The notes below the pieces were generated by a model, which was not told where the DNA came from, ran no database searches, and saw nothing but the letters and a program-made list of their open reading frames with translations. Positions 18,395 to 33,097 of a DNA stretch of 64,000 nucleotides are shown piece after piece (positions within the stretch are counted from its first letter, which is position 1; each line of letters starts with the position of its first letter). This DNA comes from Schmidtea polychroa. Lineage: Eukaryota. Location: assembly GCA_044892525.1 (NCBI GenBank), contig CM097887.1, forward strand, positions 122,552,397-122,616,396, in the 5' to 3' direction. The position numbers and the translations under genes were made by a program.

Positions 18395-19642
18395 TTATTT
18401 ATTCGGCACAAACATTTTAATCCCCTCTCTCTCGATTTCTGTATAATTCAATATATCCAACAATTCTTTATCAACTTCATCTGTTTTAGTTAGCGACGAA
18501 ACTCGATCACAGGCCAGTTTGTTCGCTGTGCAAATGTTCTTGATGGCCAGAATGGCATGCTGCTGGATATAGGGATTGCATAAATCGATTCTTGTGCTCG
18601 ACATTACAAGTTCCAATCCACCAGTGTCAACGACAATGTCTTGAATTGATTTATTATCATGGACTAAGTTAGAAATTAATTTGATAGTGAATTTTTTTAT
18701 GTTGAATATTGGTCGATCTATAAAAGTTTCATTTTTACTGAATGAATAATGGCTTTTAAAAATTTTATTTTCTTGAGGATCTTCATCGTATTGACGGAGA
18801 ATTCTTAGAACTTCTAACAATGACTTGATAAGAGCAGATTGTATTTCACATGAAATTATTTCTTTGATGTTATGAATATTGGATAATATCATAAGAGACA
18901 ATTTAATTATATCCAATTGCGATTGGTCAGATTTTTTAAATAAATCTTTATCGTCTTCTACTTTCAATAGCAAATAATCGACTAAAAATTTCGTATTTTC
19001 GATAGACATGTCAATATGTGCTTCATCAATAAAATATAACAACTGTACAATTACAACAGGATTACAAAATTTGAAACAATTTCTAACAAATCTAGAAGAT
19101 TTTTCCAACATTTTAGTTAGTAAAATATTACCATTTTCTATTTCAGATTCGTCAACTGCTTTGAAAATATTAGATATTAAAGAGAAATTTATACATGAAC
19201 AAACATAATCACATGAAAATATTTTGCTACTGTAAACATGCAATATCAGCCAAATAATAGTTCTGATTTCAGTGGAAGTTGAAATTTCAACGCAAACAAA
19301 AATTAAAGTGTTCAATATTTTTATAAGGCGATAATCGTATTGGTGCAAATTATCTTCAGAACATAGAAAGTTGTGTAACGTTTGGGATGCAACTAACTTT
19401 ATTGTTTCATCATCACATTCAAATTTAAATGATAAGCAGCAAAATATGAAGTCTAAAAGTTCTGTGAAACATTCGGAAGGAAATTTTTTCAATCCTAATG
19501 AATTTCTAAAAATTTGAATTGACTTAATTAGCAATTTTATATTATTGCAAGATTCTGATTTCAATAATGGTTGAACCTCTTTGAAGATTTTTAAAATATT
19601 CTGTTTATTGTAACTATCGATGTCTTTCAAATTAAAATTCAT
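18395..19642 (-). CDS. ATXN10: Ataxin-10 homologue (ARM-like repeat protein), single exon, 415 aa
   Basis: C-terminal KKFTIKLISNLVHDNKSIQDIV...GGLELVMSSTRIDLCNPYIQQHAILAIKNICTAN matches the ataxin-10 signature domain. Confidence 0.85.
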   Translation of the reverse strand: MNFNLKDIDSYNKQNILKIFKEVQPLLKSESCNNIKLLIKSIQIFRNSLGLKKFPSECFTELLDFIFCCLSFKFECDDETIKLVASQTLHNFLCSEDNLHQYDYRLIKILNTLIFVCVEISTSTEIRTIIWLILHVYSSKIFSCDYVCSCINFSLISNIFKAVDESEIENGNILLTKMLEKSSRFVRNCFKFCNPVVIVQLLYFIDEAHIDMSIENTKFLVDYLLLKVEDDKDLFKKSDQSQLDIIKLSLMILSNIHNIKEIISCEIQSALIKSLLEVLRILRQYDEDPQENKIFKSHYSFSKNETFIDRPIFNIKKFTIKLISNLVHDNKSIQDIVVDTGGLELVMSSTRIDLCNPYIQQHAILAIKNICTANKLACDRVSSLTKTDEVDKELLDILNYTEIEREGIKMFVPNK

Positions 19643-20075
19643 TAATTAATTTAAATGCAACTGCGGTTTGCTTAATAATATTTAAACAAAGTTTGAGAAT
19701 GAAATCCTTAATTAATTTTTAATTGAAAATGTTTAAATAATTAGAATATATATTTTTGCAATGTTAAACAAGTCTCTTATAATGTTGTAATTTTCAATCC
19801 AAATCAATTAACTTTAAATGTTTATTTAACTTTTTGGTATTTTTAAAAAAATGTTTATTTCATAATTGTGTTATAAAATAATTTTAATTTTATTTCCAAA
19901 ATCTGAAATAAAAATTATTAAACTTCACTAAAGAAAATATTCTGAGAGTAACTTATTTATTCTATAAGTCAAAAGTTTTAAACAGTCAAATAAAATGACC
20001 TTCATATATTTAGTTGTTATTATTTGCAAATTTTAATTTCAGAACAAAATTTTAAAATATATAATTTAAATTTTA
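19643..20075. promoter_or_regulatory. Probable bidirectional promoter between ATXN10 and TRIM37
   Basis: The two start codons are head-to-head with only 433 nt between them. Confidence 0.6.
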
Positions 20076-21460
20076 ATGGCATCTGGAGGCGGAGATGGAG
20101 AATTTAATTTTAAAAGAATAATCGTGAAGACAGATGAAACTTGTGTGGAAGTATTATTAAACTTCGACAAGTTAATTTCTTTTTTAAATCTTATTTATTT
20201 TTAGAGTCTCAATGAAGTATTTCGGTGTTTTATTTGTATGGAAAAATTAAAAGATGCAAGACTTTGCCCGAAATGCTCAAAACTTTGCTGTTACTTGTGT
20301 ATTCGAGTTAGATAATTTTTTTCTAGTTAATACTCAATATATTGAGCAAAAATAACATCAGAAATTATCAAAAAAATTACATTTTCCGATTATATTTTCT
20401 CATTTTTATTCATTTAATTTATAAATATTTAAATTTAAAAATATTTTTAAATATATTTAATTTTATGATTTTGATTTTTGAATACTATTCTGGTGTTATT
20501 ATTATTTAATTTTCATCATTAACTAGATAGTTAAATAATGCCGTCGCCATGAAAATTATTTAAATATTTTTCATGTACTTTTTTACTTGACACGAATGTT
20601 ATTTAACCCGTGGAATATTTCATCAATTAATTTAATCCTTTTAACACCAAATATTTGAATTAATTTGTTTGCTATAATATAATAATTCGTGCATAAACTT
20701 AATCTGGCGACGCATGGATAAGTATCTATACTGTTACTCAGAAGTTACAACGGAAAAAAGTGAAATAAATAAGGATGGAAACTATTAAACTTATTATTTT
20801 CCCCCTAAACCACTGTAGTTAACAGAGTATTAAATTTAGTTCTTCTATTCTTTCCTTGGAGCTTTATTATTGGAGCTTTCGTATAATTATTTGATGATGA
20901 ACTATAACAAAGTAATTCAGATTAGGTTAAAAGGTAATTCAAATTCCTATGTTGACTTCCTTTGAAGATGTTAGCTAGAACTTTGTTTTTGGTGATACAT
21001 ACATATTTTCTTGAAAAACAATTCAAAATCAAACAGTATTCATGTTTCTATTTTATTTCCAGGACTTTATCCACAAACATCTGGCTTAGACAATTTTCAA
21101 ACTCGTAAAACTCAATAAGAAACTATTATATTGAGTCAATTTTCTTGATTAGAATAATGAATATTAAAAAAATTAAATAAAAATCATTACTTTTACAATT
21201 GTCATCATAAAAAGCAAAATAAAAGTACTGTGCGAATTTCAAATAACTCTCTGAACTATATTATATATTCGTTGTAAGCAATGAACTGGCTTGAATTCAT
21301 AAAATTGCAAAACGGACAATTTATTTTTCTTCAATTTATCTAAACTAATAATTATAATCTGAAATGCAACATTTGCTAATAATAATAAAGAAATAGTTAT
21401 TCTACTAAGACAAATAGATCAAATTATAATTACAATGAAATTACTCTGCCGAGTATTAGC

Positions 21461-21514
<54 letters not shown>

Positions 21515-24500
21515 ACTATTATAACAAATGAATAGATGAACATAAAAAGATTTTTAAGAAATTCCATTTAAAAAAAGTAATAAACTAGCAACTGAAGAAC
21601 ATTTGTAGATCGTTTTGAAAACCTTGTTCATTTTTTGTTATTTCACCCTCCCTTGGATATTCACTAAAATATTTGATTATGTAATAATTACACAATCCTT
21701 TTCGCACAGTTGAATAATTGTTCTAAATTCCCAATATCATATTTGTACATTTTTTCAGTATTACTTCCGTCTTCTCTTGCAATTAATGCCTAGGTCTTTT
21801 ATTCGAATAGCCCAAAACAAAAAGAGCTGTTTAACAAAAATAACTTCTTTATTACTCAAAGGTATTAAATAACCCCAACATCTTACCAAGGCGAGCTGTT
21901 TGTATACATTATACCACAAGCATCTTGAAGTAGTACTTTAGGACCCATCATTTATTGGGTCACGCCCTATACTCCATGATCCTCATTTTCTTCTGAAAAA
22001 TATTTATAGATATAAGTAGATTCTAATTTGTTCAATGCCAGACTATTTATATTTTTGCCAGTATCGAAAGTTGGGGCTCTAAGGCTAGAAATTAATCCTA
22101 TAATACTGTTATACCCTCTTTTTCCTACTAATACTGTATAAATATGCATGATGAAAAGAATAAAATAAGGTATGGTGAGGTTTATTTCTAGCCTTATAAC
22201 CCCAGGTTTCCACACTGGTAATTTTTTATATTATAACCCCAAATCCCCTCCCCCACCTTCAAACTTATAATTTATTATAAACTAGCTGGGGTACCTGGTG
22301 TTGCACGATTTAAAAAATAGTAAACAGATTCAAATAAAGAAATTTATTTCAATTCATTCATTTAAAAAAAATAATTTAAAAAATACATAAAAATTTAATT
22401 AAAAAAAGTACATATAATTTATATATCTCTTATATCTATTTAAATGTAAAACTTAAAACGGCAGCCAGCCGGTAAAAAATGTGTCAAATGAAAAATTGAA
22501 ATAATCCTATTTTATAAACCTAACATGATCTACAACTTTTATTTGTAACATTGTTGCTAATTTCAGCTCCTTGGGGTATCTACTGTAGTAAATCAAGGTG
22601 ACCCTGAGTAGTGTTAGGGTACCCTAGGGGTGGTAACCTGGGGTTGAAACATAGCCTATGACCTGTCCCGAGTCAAATGAGGGTCACATGCAAAATTTCA
22701 GCACCCTAGGTTCAACGGTGGGGAATTCTATGGGTAACAAACTAACAAACTTGCATCTTTATATATTAGATAATGATAAATTATCCCAGAACTATACGTT
22801 TAAAATTAATAATTTTTCAAATTTTTGTAAATTAAGCGGGATTGACTGTATTGAAAGCAAATAGTAATTTCATATTAAATAATTTTGTTCCATACAGAAA
22901 ACCTCTAACATAACGCCTGGGAATTAAGCTAAAAAATTTAGAATTTAATTTCCAAATCATGCTTTTTTTCTCTATTGCGAGTACAGTGCCCAGGCGTTAT
23001 TTTCGGGAAAGACTGTAGGGTTGGCAACACTGTCATTTTTTTCCAAAGATTCCGGACTTTGAGTTTTCAGTTAAATCATTTGAATTAACTAAATGTTCAA
23101 ACTCATATATGCGAAAAGCTACCCTGAAACGTATTTGCACTCTATCTATCTATAATATAGATTCTATATCAACCACCGACAAACTCCACCTGTATTTATA
23201 CCTTTTATTTGAATTGAGATGGTCACCTGGCGGATATTGTAGATAGTGGCCGTGCTTACAACTGTGTAGCAGTAAATTAGAGAATAGTAATATAGAATAA
23301 TAGTTGAAAGAAATATATAATTATTAAAGCAAGCTATCATTTACAAATACTGAGAATTGTTAAGATTTAATTTTATATCATGAATAAATATTTTATTTTT
23401 AATCCCACGTTTTCCTCCGCATTGAAATTATTTTTCTTCAGGACGTATCAGCGCAATGTTATCAACTCTAATTACTACTATTTATTTTTCATTACATTAT
23501 AGTTGGAAATACTCCTTTTCTAGGATGCACCTAAATTCCCATTATGATCAATTCTATAATATTTTCATAATCTTCATACAATTTCTTTTTCAAACGAATA
23601 TTTCTCTGCTAACGAAGTTTTGTATTTAGAGATGGATAACCGAACAGAGGTCTCAGTGTCCCCATTGTAGGTTAGTAAATAATAAATTATAGCGTTATTA
23701 TCTCATATATGATTAAGATCTTCATTGCACTTGCATGAGCTAATCAATTGTCGATGGGTTGATGAAGTAACTCAGCAGTTAGACTCATTGCAAAAAACTC
23801 ATTCTACTATCTTACAAAGGTCTCTCGAAAATATTCACCGTGACATTGACAATGGGTAATAGTAACAATTTCTCATTATTTCTAAGTTTTATCTCTTACT
23901 CTCTACATATGGGACAGATGTGAGATGCACGATGAGAAACTATCAGTTTACTGTTTGACATGCTCAAAGGCTATTTGTCATCAATGTGCCCTATTTGATG
24001 GCCAACACAGTCAGCACTCATTCAAACCGCTCAATGAGATCTATGAGAGTTATGTGGCACAAATACAAATAAAAGCCAATCATTTAAAGCGAAGACATGT
24101 TGAATTGATTTCTCTAATTCAAGAAGTGGTAATTGTTCGTTTTTTGTGTTACTAATGTTTGTTAATCACTGCACATGGGAATAAGTTATAACTTGATCGA
24201 TTTTTCTAATTGTGCTGTTTTTACACAAACTCTTACCAGAGCACATCTGTGAATTTATTTGTCTTGGTCCCTATTCTACTGAATTACCAAATATCATACA
24301 ATTGTTCACTTACCGTTCATTTATTGTTCATTTTCCTATACATATATTTGATATTCATAATTAAAAGTCAAGTTATTATCAAATTTTATTAATTCAAATA
24401 AATAATATTCCTTCAACATCTTCCGAGAAAAATCTTCTAAAGTAGTAATGTAATCATTAGGAAATAGACAAACAGTATCATACATTCACACAATTTTTAA

Positions 24501-27500
24501 TCAAATTGTTAGTAACATTAATAAAAATAATTAATCACTTTAATTAATTATTTAATCCTAATTATNNNNNNNNNNNNNNNNNNNNNNNNNNNNNNNNNNN
24601 NNNNNNNNNNNNNNNNNNNNNNNNNNNNNNNNNNNNNNNNNNNNNNNNNNNNNNNNNNNNNNNNNNNNNNNNNNNNNNNNNNNNNNNNNNNNNNNNNNNN
24701 NNNNNNNNNNNNNNNNNNNNNNNNNNNNNNNNNNNNNNNNNNNNNNNNNNNNNNNNNNNNNNNNNNNNNNNNNNNNNNNNNNNNNNNNNNNNNNNNNNNN
24801 NNNNNNNNNNNNNNNNNNNNNNNNNNNNNNNNNNNNNNNNNNNNNNNNNNNNNNNNNNNNNNNNNNNNNNNNNNNNNNNNNNNNNNNNNNNNNNNNNNNN
24901 NNNNNNNNNNNNNNNNNNNNNNNNNNNNNNNNNNNNNNNNNNNNNNNNNNNNNNNNNNNNNNNNNNNNNNNNNNNNNNNNNNNNNNNNNNNNNNNNNNNN
25001 NNNNNNNNNNNNNNNNNNNNNNNNNNNNNNNNNNNNNNNNNNNNNNNNNNNNNNNNNNNNNNNNNNNNNNNNNNNNNNNNNNNNNNNNNNNNNNNNNNNN
25101 NNNNNNNNNNNNNNNNNNNNNNNNNNNNNNNNNNNNNNNNNNNNNNNNNNNNNNNNNNNNNNNNNNNNNNNNNNNNNNNNNNNNNNNNNNNNNAAAGACT
25201 TTATTAATAAAAATCGTCATTCGTACATCTTTTCAATATTTATTATTTAAAATTGTTATTTATAATTTAAAAATTTATAGATTTAATAATTTGTTTATAA
25301 ATTATCAAAATTGTAGTTATTCATCCCTAGTGAATGTAGATAGTGATGATGATAGTGATGCTAACTAAATAAATAGTGAAAAAGATGTGCGTAATAATAA
25401 ATAATATTAATAAATAGATATTAAACAATTGGAAGCAAATATATATTTATTTTTATTAAGTTTATCATTATAAAAAATTCTAAATTTACTTTTATTTCAT
25501 TTATAGTAAATTACGATTTAAATTTGAGTTATCTTTTATCAATTTATGAATTCTTGAAATCTTTGAATGAAATCTTTGAACTTATTTTATTGTACAAATG
25601 TTTTTTATTTCAAATTAATAATAGTGTAATAAAAAATAATGTATTTTGTGAAGTCCGGTGTATCTCTATATATAAGTGCTTAAACTCTAGTGAACTTCTA
25701 AAAGTTCACAGGCAAACCAAATCAAGTATCTTGCCAAAAATGCTAATATTTCCTAAATTTTTCAATTGATCAATTATATTTCATTCTTAAATTTCAATAA
25801 ATAAAATAAAAATGAATTTTTCATCACCAGCAGCTTAGAATTGAAAGTCTCCTTCAGTTTTCATGTTTAATTTCACGTTACAGAATTACTGCTTTTACTC
25901 AATCGTTTATTCTCTCGAATTCTTGAATAGAGATGACACGCAACCTTTCCTTTATATGTAGCTTATGTTCAGTACCGATTTTTTACTCTTGTAAATTTCG
26001 AATTATTTAAGTTGATATTAAATCAAATCATATTTGTTTCCTAACAAAAGTAAAGTGTCATTGACGCTATAATTTAACCCGAAGATCATTTATGTGTTGT
26101 ATTAATATGTTTAGGAGAAAAACGTTGATTTAGTCAAGCAAGCTAAAGATGAGAGAGTTCGAGAAATTCGAAATGCTGTCGAATTGATGATTGCTAAATT
26201 AGAAGCCCAATTGAAATCCAAATGTTTGACATTAATGGAACAGAGAAATAATTTGGCGGAAGTGCTTTTGAAATGAAATCATGTTTTCAAATTTGATATC
26301 TATTTCAGGAAACAGAAATAATGGAATCATTATTACAGGATGTAGAACAATCTCTTAATCGTTTCAGTAAGGCTGAACTAATAGCTAAATCATTAGATAT
26401 CCTCAATAAATTTGATGAAGTTCAACGGAAACCGATTCCATCTATTGTCAGTGCTCCAGTTCTTTCTGAATTTGTCAGGTGGGTCTTTAATATGTTTCAC
26501 AGATTTATTACAATAACAAACAAAATTGCATGTTTAAATATATTTCTTTGATTTAGTGAGATAGTTCCACAATATGATAGTACGACTTTCGTTATGAATA
26601 ATTTTTCTACTCTTCAACAAAGCGCAGATCCCGTTTATTCTCAAGAGTTGCACATTTCTGGCCTTAGTTGGCGTTTAAAGGTTTATCCTGACGGAAACGG
26701 CGTAGTTAGAGGTCATTATTTATCGGTTTTCCTGGAATTATATGCTGGATTACCGGAAACATCAAAGTCCGTAATTATTTTCCATCTTTTATGAAGTTTA
26801 AATATTAAATACAAATTATTAAATAAAAATATTAATTATTGAATATTAATTATGAAGTTTAATCATTAAATTTTTGGAATAATTTAGGTATGAATATCGG
26901 GTGGAAATGATTCATCAAATTAGCCGAGATCCATCGAAGAATATCGTTCGTGAATTTGCGTCTGATTTTGAAGTCGGTGAATGCTGGGGATATAATAGAT
27001 TTTTTCGTTTGGATCTCCTAGCTAGCGAAGGTTATCTTGATCCTGAAACTGATATTTTGATATTAAGATTTCAGGTAATAGTAATTAGTAACTTATATAT
27101 AAATGTGTGATTAATTAATTTAAATGACTACACTTTTAATTCCTGATTAAATTACACTACATTATTTATACACAACACTAATTACTGGTTCTCCGTCAAG
27201 TACTCCTGTTTTCTTTCTAAAATCATCCTTAGAATGTATGTGGTTGTTACTTTGGTTTTTCTGTTATCTTTCATTTTAAAAAAAAACTTTGTGTATTCGT
27301 CATGTCCTGGAGTATTTCCTTGAGAACTGTTTTAGGGTGACCTACCTCTGCTCTTTGTCATTGGTATGCATCTAAACTAAATCGACTAACAAAATCAATT
27401 AAAATTTACAATGTTGACAAGCTGATATTTAATTAGCACAATTTGTTGACAGGTTAGACCACCAAATTTCTATCAGAAATGTCGTGATCAACAGTGGTAC

Positions 27501-30500
27501 ATACAGCAGCTTGAACACTCTCAAGCTCGTTTATTGACACAAAACAATGAATTAAAAGACAGGCTTAATATTGAACTCGGCAGAAATGCACATCATAACT
27601 GTGATTCCAATTCAATGGTAGCGATCGATTCTGAAAAGGCGCAGGTTTGCATTAATATACACAACAATCCCGTGGAATTCGGTGCCAATTTACAAGGCAA
27701 CACTGATAAAGAGATAGGTTGGGTTTACATAATTCAATTTCTCCCTGCATTTCAACTGCATTTTCAAAGACCTATCAAATCCAGAACAACATATCGATGA
27801 TTGTGCTCAACAAGATAATAACCATCCAATAACTCAGCTGCACTCTACTGATCACTCAAGTAATCAGAATCATGAATGTGAGTCTGTTGAATTGAAGGAA
27901 TTCGACGTAGGAGATTCTAGTTCACTGATTAATGACGCTGACAGTGATAATGACGAAGATACGGACCAATCAAGCATAGATGGAAACGATGGGCAAAATT
28001 TACCCATTGGACTAAANNNNNNNNNNNNNNNNNNNNNNNNNNNNNNNNNNNNNNNNNNNNNNNNNNNNNNNNNNNNNNNNNNNNNNNNNNNNNNNNNNNN
28101 NNNNNNNNNNNNNNNNNNNNNNNNNNNNNNNNNNNNNNNNNNNNNNNNNNNNNNNNNNNNNNNNNNNNNNNNNNNNNNNNNNNNNNNNNNNNNNNNNNNN
28201 NNNNNNNNNNNNNNNNNNNNNNNNNNNNNNNNNNNNNNNNNNNNNNNNNNNNNNNNNNNNNNNNNNNNNNNNNNNNNNNNNNNNNNNNNNNNNNNNNNNN
28301 NNNNNNNNNNNNNNNNNNNNNNNNNNNNNNNNNNNNNNNNNNNNNNNNNNNNNNNNNNNNNNNNNNNNNNNNNNNNNNNNNNNNNNNNNNNNNNNNNNNN
28401 NNNNNNNNNNNNNNNNNNNNNNNNNNNNNNNNNNNNNNNNNNNNNNNNNNNNNNNNNNNNNNNNNNNNNNNNNNNNNNNNNNNNNNNNNNNNNNNNNNNN
28501 NNNNNNNNNNNNNNNNNNNNNNNNNNNNNNNNNNNNNNNNNNNNNNNNNNNNNNNNNNNNNNNNNNNNNNNNNNNNNNNNNNNNNNNNNNNNNNNNNNNN
28601 NNNNNNNNNNNNNNNNNNNNNNNNNNNNNNNNNNNNNNNNNNNNNNNNNNNNNNNNNNNNNNNNNNNNNNNNNNNNNNNNNNNNNNNNNNNNNNNNNNNN
28701 NNNNNNNNNNNNNNNNNNNNNNNNNNNNNNNNNNNNNNNNNNNNNNNNNNNNNNNNNNNNNNNNNNNNNNNNNNNNNNNNNNNNNNNNNNNNNNNNNNNN
28801 NNNNNNNNNNNNNNNNNNNNNNNNNNNNNNNNNNNNNNNNNNNNNNNNNNNNNNNNNNNNNNNNNNNNNNNNNNNNNNNNNNNNNNNNNNNNNNNNNNNN
28901 NNNNNNNNNNNNNNNNNNNNNNNNNNNNNNNNNNNNNNNNNNNNNNNNNNNNNNNNNNNNNNNNNNNNNNNNNNNNNNNNNNNNNNNNNNNNNNNNNNNN
29001 NNNNNNNNNNNNATAAAAGTAATAAAATGTAAAAATATAAAAGTAATATAACGATAATAAAAAAAAACTTTGTCTATGACTTGGTAATTTATGCAAATTC
29101 TCGATAAGCTTGACGTGGATCTTTTTCTACCTTCTTCCATTTTTCAAAAATAATAAATGCTTTAAATGCTTCGAATTTCAGATAAACCCCTTGTCCAATC
29201 ATCGAGAAGATGGACATAGTAGTCACCATTCAAACGCATCTGACAATTATTCTTCCGATAGGTCATTGAATATTTCCCCCGATTCCATAAATAACAACAA
29301 TGAATTATCGATGGCAATTTCTCGCTCGATACACAACAATGGCATTGAAACTGAAGATTGTATTTACATGAAAAATCCACAAACACTTTTCCCTTTGTCA
29401 ACATTTGAGTCATCTCGTTCAAAATCTAAACAATCAGATGGTCAAAATCAACAAGACAATCATACGATTTCCCTAAATGCCAACAACAGTAACAATCGAA
29501 ACACATATTGCGATGAATCGAAACCAACCTGGATGTTGTTATCAGAAACAGATAAAGTAGTAGCTGAAAGTTCAAGCTTGGCTTCATCTGGGGAAATTGA
29601 AGATCTTCTACGACTTCTTGAAGTTCGATATGAATCAGCTGATCTTTCTTTTCGTTCTACAGCCCACAAATTTGGCGCGGAATCAAAGTAATTCCTGATT
29701 TTTCGATCTTCTTTTAAACAAGATATGTAATTATTGATTGTAGACAAGCTCAGGAATTTACCGAGTCTCCAGATAATCATACTGCATTCCTTGAATTAGG
29801 CAGACGTGTTCAATCACTTGCCAATGATCCTTTGAGATCTATTGCTAAAGGAGGTTACTCAAACAATTGCTCATCAAAGCATAGAGAAGAATACGATATT
29901 GACGATGAGACAATGAGTGTTGATTTTGATGTCATGGAAACTGTCATGGATCCCGTCAATGAAATTAATTCCTCGAATATATTTAATCCTACAAACAAAC
30001 CATTATTAGACAAAACTAGTTGGTGGTGCAGTTCAAGATGGCGTAGACCTTTCCTGGGTAATAATTCTCCGAATAGACAACCAAATATTAGCAGGTAATA
30101 ATAATAATAATATTATAAATAATACAGAAACGCCAACTCAATAAATTCAACATAAACGCGATATATTTCAATTTTACAACAATCTTCGTCAGGCCGCAAT
30201 CTGGATAATCAATAATAAGACATANNNNNNNNNNNNNNNNNNNNNNNNNNNNNNNNNNNNNNNNNNNNNNNNNNNNNNNNNNNNNNNNNNNNNNNNNNNN
30301 NNNNNNNNNNNNNNNNNNNNNNNNNNNNNNNNNNNNNNNNNNNNNNNNNNNNNNNNNNNNNNNNNNNNNNNNNNNNNNNNNNNNNNNNNNNNNNNNNNNN
30401 NNNNNNNNNNNNNNNNNNNNNNNNNNNNNNNNNNNNNNNNNNNNNNNNNNNNNNNNNNNNNNNNNNNNNNNNNNNNNNNNNNNNNNNNNNNNNNNNNNNN

Positions 30501-33066
30501 NNNGATGTAATGAATTATTTATGTTATATAGTAAAGAAGCTTTTTATTGCTCATTTTCATTTATAAAGTTACTCATTGTGTCAAGTAATGAATTTAGAAG
30601 CATATGATATTAATTTGCTTTTGATCTCTTTAGTGATGCAAAAAGTAAACCAAAATGGATTCCGAATTCTAATTCAGAAGCTCCCGTAGATCAAGCTCCT
30701 TTCCCCAGTTCATCAGGACGAAATATTTCAGAACAAATGCAGTACTTCCAGGTTAAAATACCATCATCAGAAAGCGAGAATCAAGGTTATATTTATGTCG
30801 ACAATATTTCTATTTTATATTTAAATTTACTATCAAACGTTATTTGGTAATATCTTATTCAGTTATTCGGTGATTGAATGTATTTATGTTGGTAACTCAT
30901 CTTGTAGTGCTAATACTCTTTTAAGTATCTTTCCGCCAGATAACCAACGAACTTTTTTATTGTACAGAAAATTTTTGTGACTGGTAAAATAATCTATATT
31001 ACGGTGAGATTAGATCTGAGCGTTTGACGCCACTGTGTGATATGTTTCAAAACCACTCCATTTTCAAGGTCAAGTCGCGATTATTGATTTTTAAAACTTT
31101 TTATTATAAAAAAAAGTGCAATTATTGATTTGAAGTATAATTTTACATTTTTTTGTTTATTCGTACTATAACGCGGGCCTCTGAGATTTTCAAAATTTTA
31201 TTTGGACAAAATTATAGTGTATGACGTCATCTATATTTTTCCTGACCACAACATTTTCGAATTTCTGCAAGATTTTTATGTCGAAAAATTTTAATTTTTC
31301 AGAGAAAAACCTAATTAGAAAAAGAATCGGACATTTAAAAAATTTTTCAAAATATTTCAAAACTTTATTAACCGCGACTTGTTTGAAATTTCATTGGAAG
31401 TTAGTCAAAAATACAAAAAAACGAAGGTTTTATATCCAAATTGGAACCAGACTCCAGAACCCTATCGCACGTCGTGCTATTCAATTATTGAATCCTTTTT
31501 TGTTTCAATCAAATCAGCGGGTCCAGAACTTTGATTAACAGTCAAACGGAACCAATTTAATTATTTCTCTACAACTATTGTGTAATTGTAGATTGCTATG
31601 CACTGTGCCAATAATATATTCTATTATATAATTACGCTCATCAATGATTCACTGACTGATTCTATAACGCTCGCTGATTGGTTGATCCTGACAATATCAT
31701 AAAAATATTCTCTCACTAATACTATCATAGAATTTTTACACGAATAACTAAGCTTTCTAAGTTTATTTTGCAAAATAAAAATTAATTCGATTTTTCTATG
31801 TAATTATAAATTAAATTAATCGACGCAATCAAAAATAACTTGAATTTACTTTTAGGCATTCTTTACAACAATATTTATTATCACAAAGTTAAATTTAATT
31901 TCTAAAATGAATGTAAGTAAAAATTCAAATTGAAAATTCAATCTGAATCATCATGAATTTTTTTACAGAACTTTAATTTTCATCGCTTCATATCTTCATC
32001 ATTATAGTTATTACATTATCAATCGTGTAGTTCATAGTAAGTATTGGTAAGGTAATTTGCGCAAAAACATGAGTAAATCTGTGTGTGTTTGACTAAATCT
32101 GTGTGCATGAAATTTAAGGGGAACATTATGATATTTTGTAAGTGATTTAGATTAGGATTAGAATGCTTGATTCCGTATGATTCTGATTGAGTAAATTATT
32201 TGTCAACGGGCGCCTTAGGCGCCTTGCAATTAACTAGTATATATACAACATAGTTGATAACAATATTAATCTCAGTAGAAATCTGAATGTCATTTGCAGT
32301 AACATTGATGTAATGTTACAAAACAATTATTCATCATACTTTAAGATCTCTGAAATTATTTTCTCAATTGATCTTGATTCATATAATTGTAATTTTTGTA
32401 TATAACGAATTTTTGCTGAACTCTTTTCTGTTTCTTTTAAAAATTACTATCGTTTCCAGGATCTAATGTCACTGATGCTGCAAAAAAATCCGCGAAAAAT
32501 AATTTAAAAAGATTGCAAGACGCTATTAAAGAATTAACAGGAGAAAACTTTGACCACAGACGATCATTAATTGCGGAATCGGGGCTAGATTTATCAAATA
32601 GAACAAATTTGTCATTAGCTAGACACAATATTCATGGTAGGTGATTGGTGATTCAGTATTGATTTGTTTGCTTTCAATTTCAATGGTCATGTTTTAATGA
32701 AGAATTTTTTTGGTTTCTGTTATACTTTATTCTAGGAACGGATAGTCAGCAACATAACCAACAAGAAATGCGTGATATTAGAAAAAGATTGATTAAATGC
32801 GTTGATAAGCTACGAAATTCCTCCGGTACTAATCATGACGCTAATTTAGCAATTTTTGATTCGTCGAATTTCTCAATCGTTCGAGATTCCGATTCGACCA
32901 CTGATGGGAATGAGTCCCCGGACACAGTGGCTCGAAGATCTAGGTGAACTCTGATACGCATTCTGTAATTATTATATTATATAAATTTCAGGTCAACTTC
33001 ACCTTAAATTTTAGAACTTTATCAGCATTCCTTCAATATCAATATTGTTATTTTTTTTTTACAAAA

Positions 33067-33097
<31 letters not shown>

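Noticed and set aside
20542-20712. Inverted pair CGTCGCCA / TGGCGACG in TRIM37 intron 2
   Set aside because: Only 8 bp, with no terminal structure or duplication to support an element.
26557-27074. Neighbouring TRIM37 MATH domain as the source of the element's TRAF
   Set aside because: The element's MATH has TRAF2/3-type motifs (GTHFSVFF, KGPYD, EWPF, YQRP) and TRAF zinc fingers, not TRIM37's B-box or ECWGYNRFF. The proximity looks coincidental.
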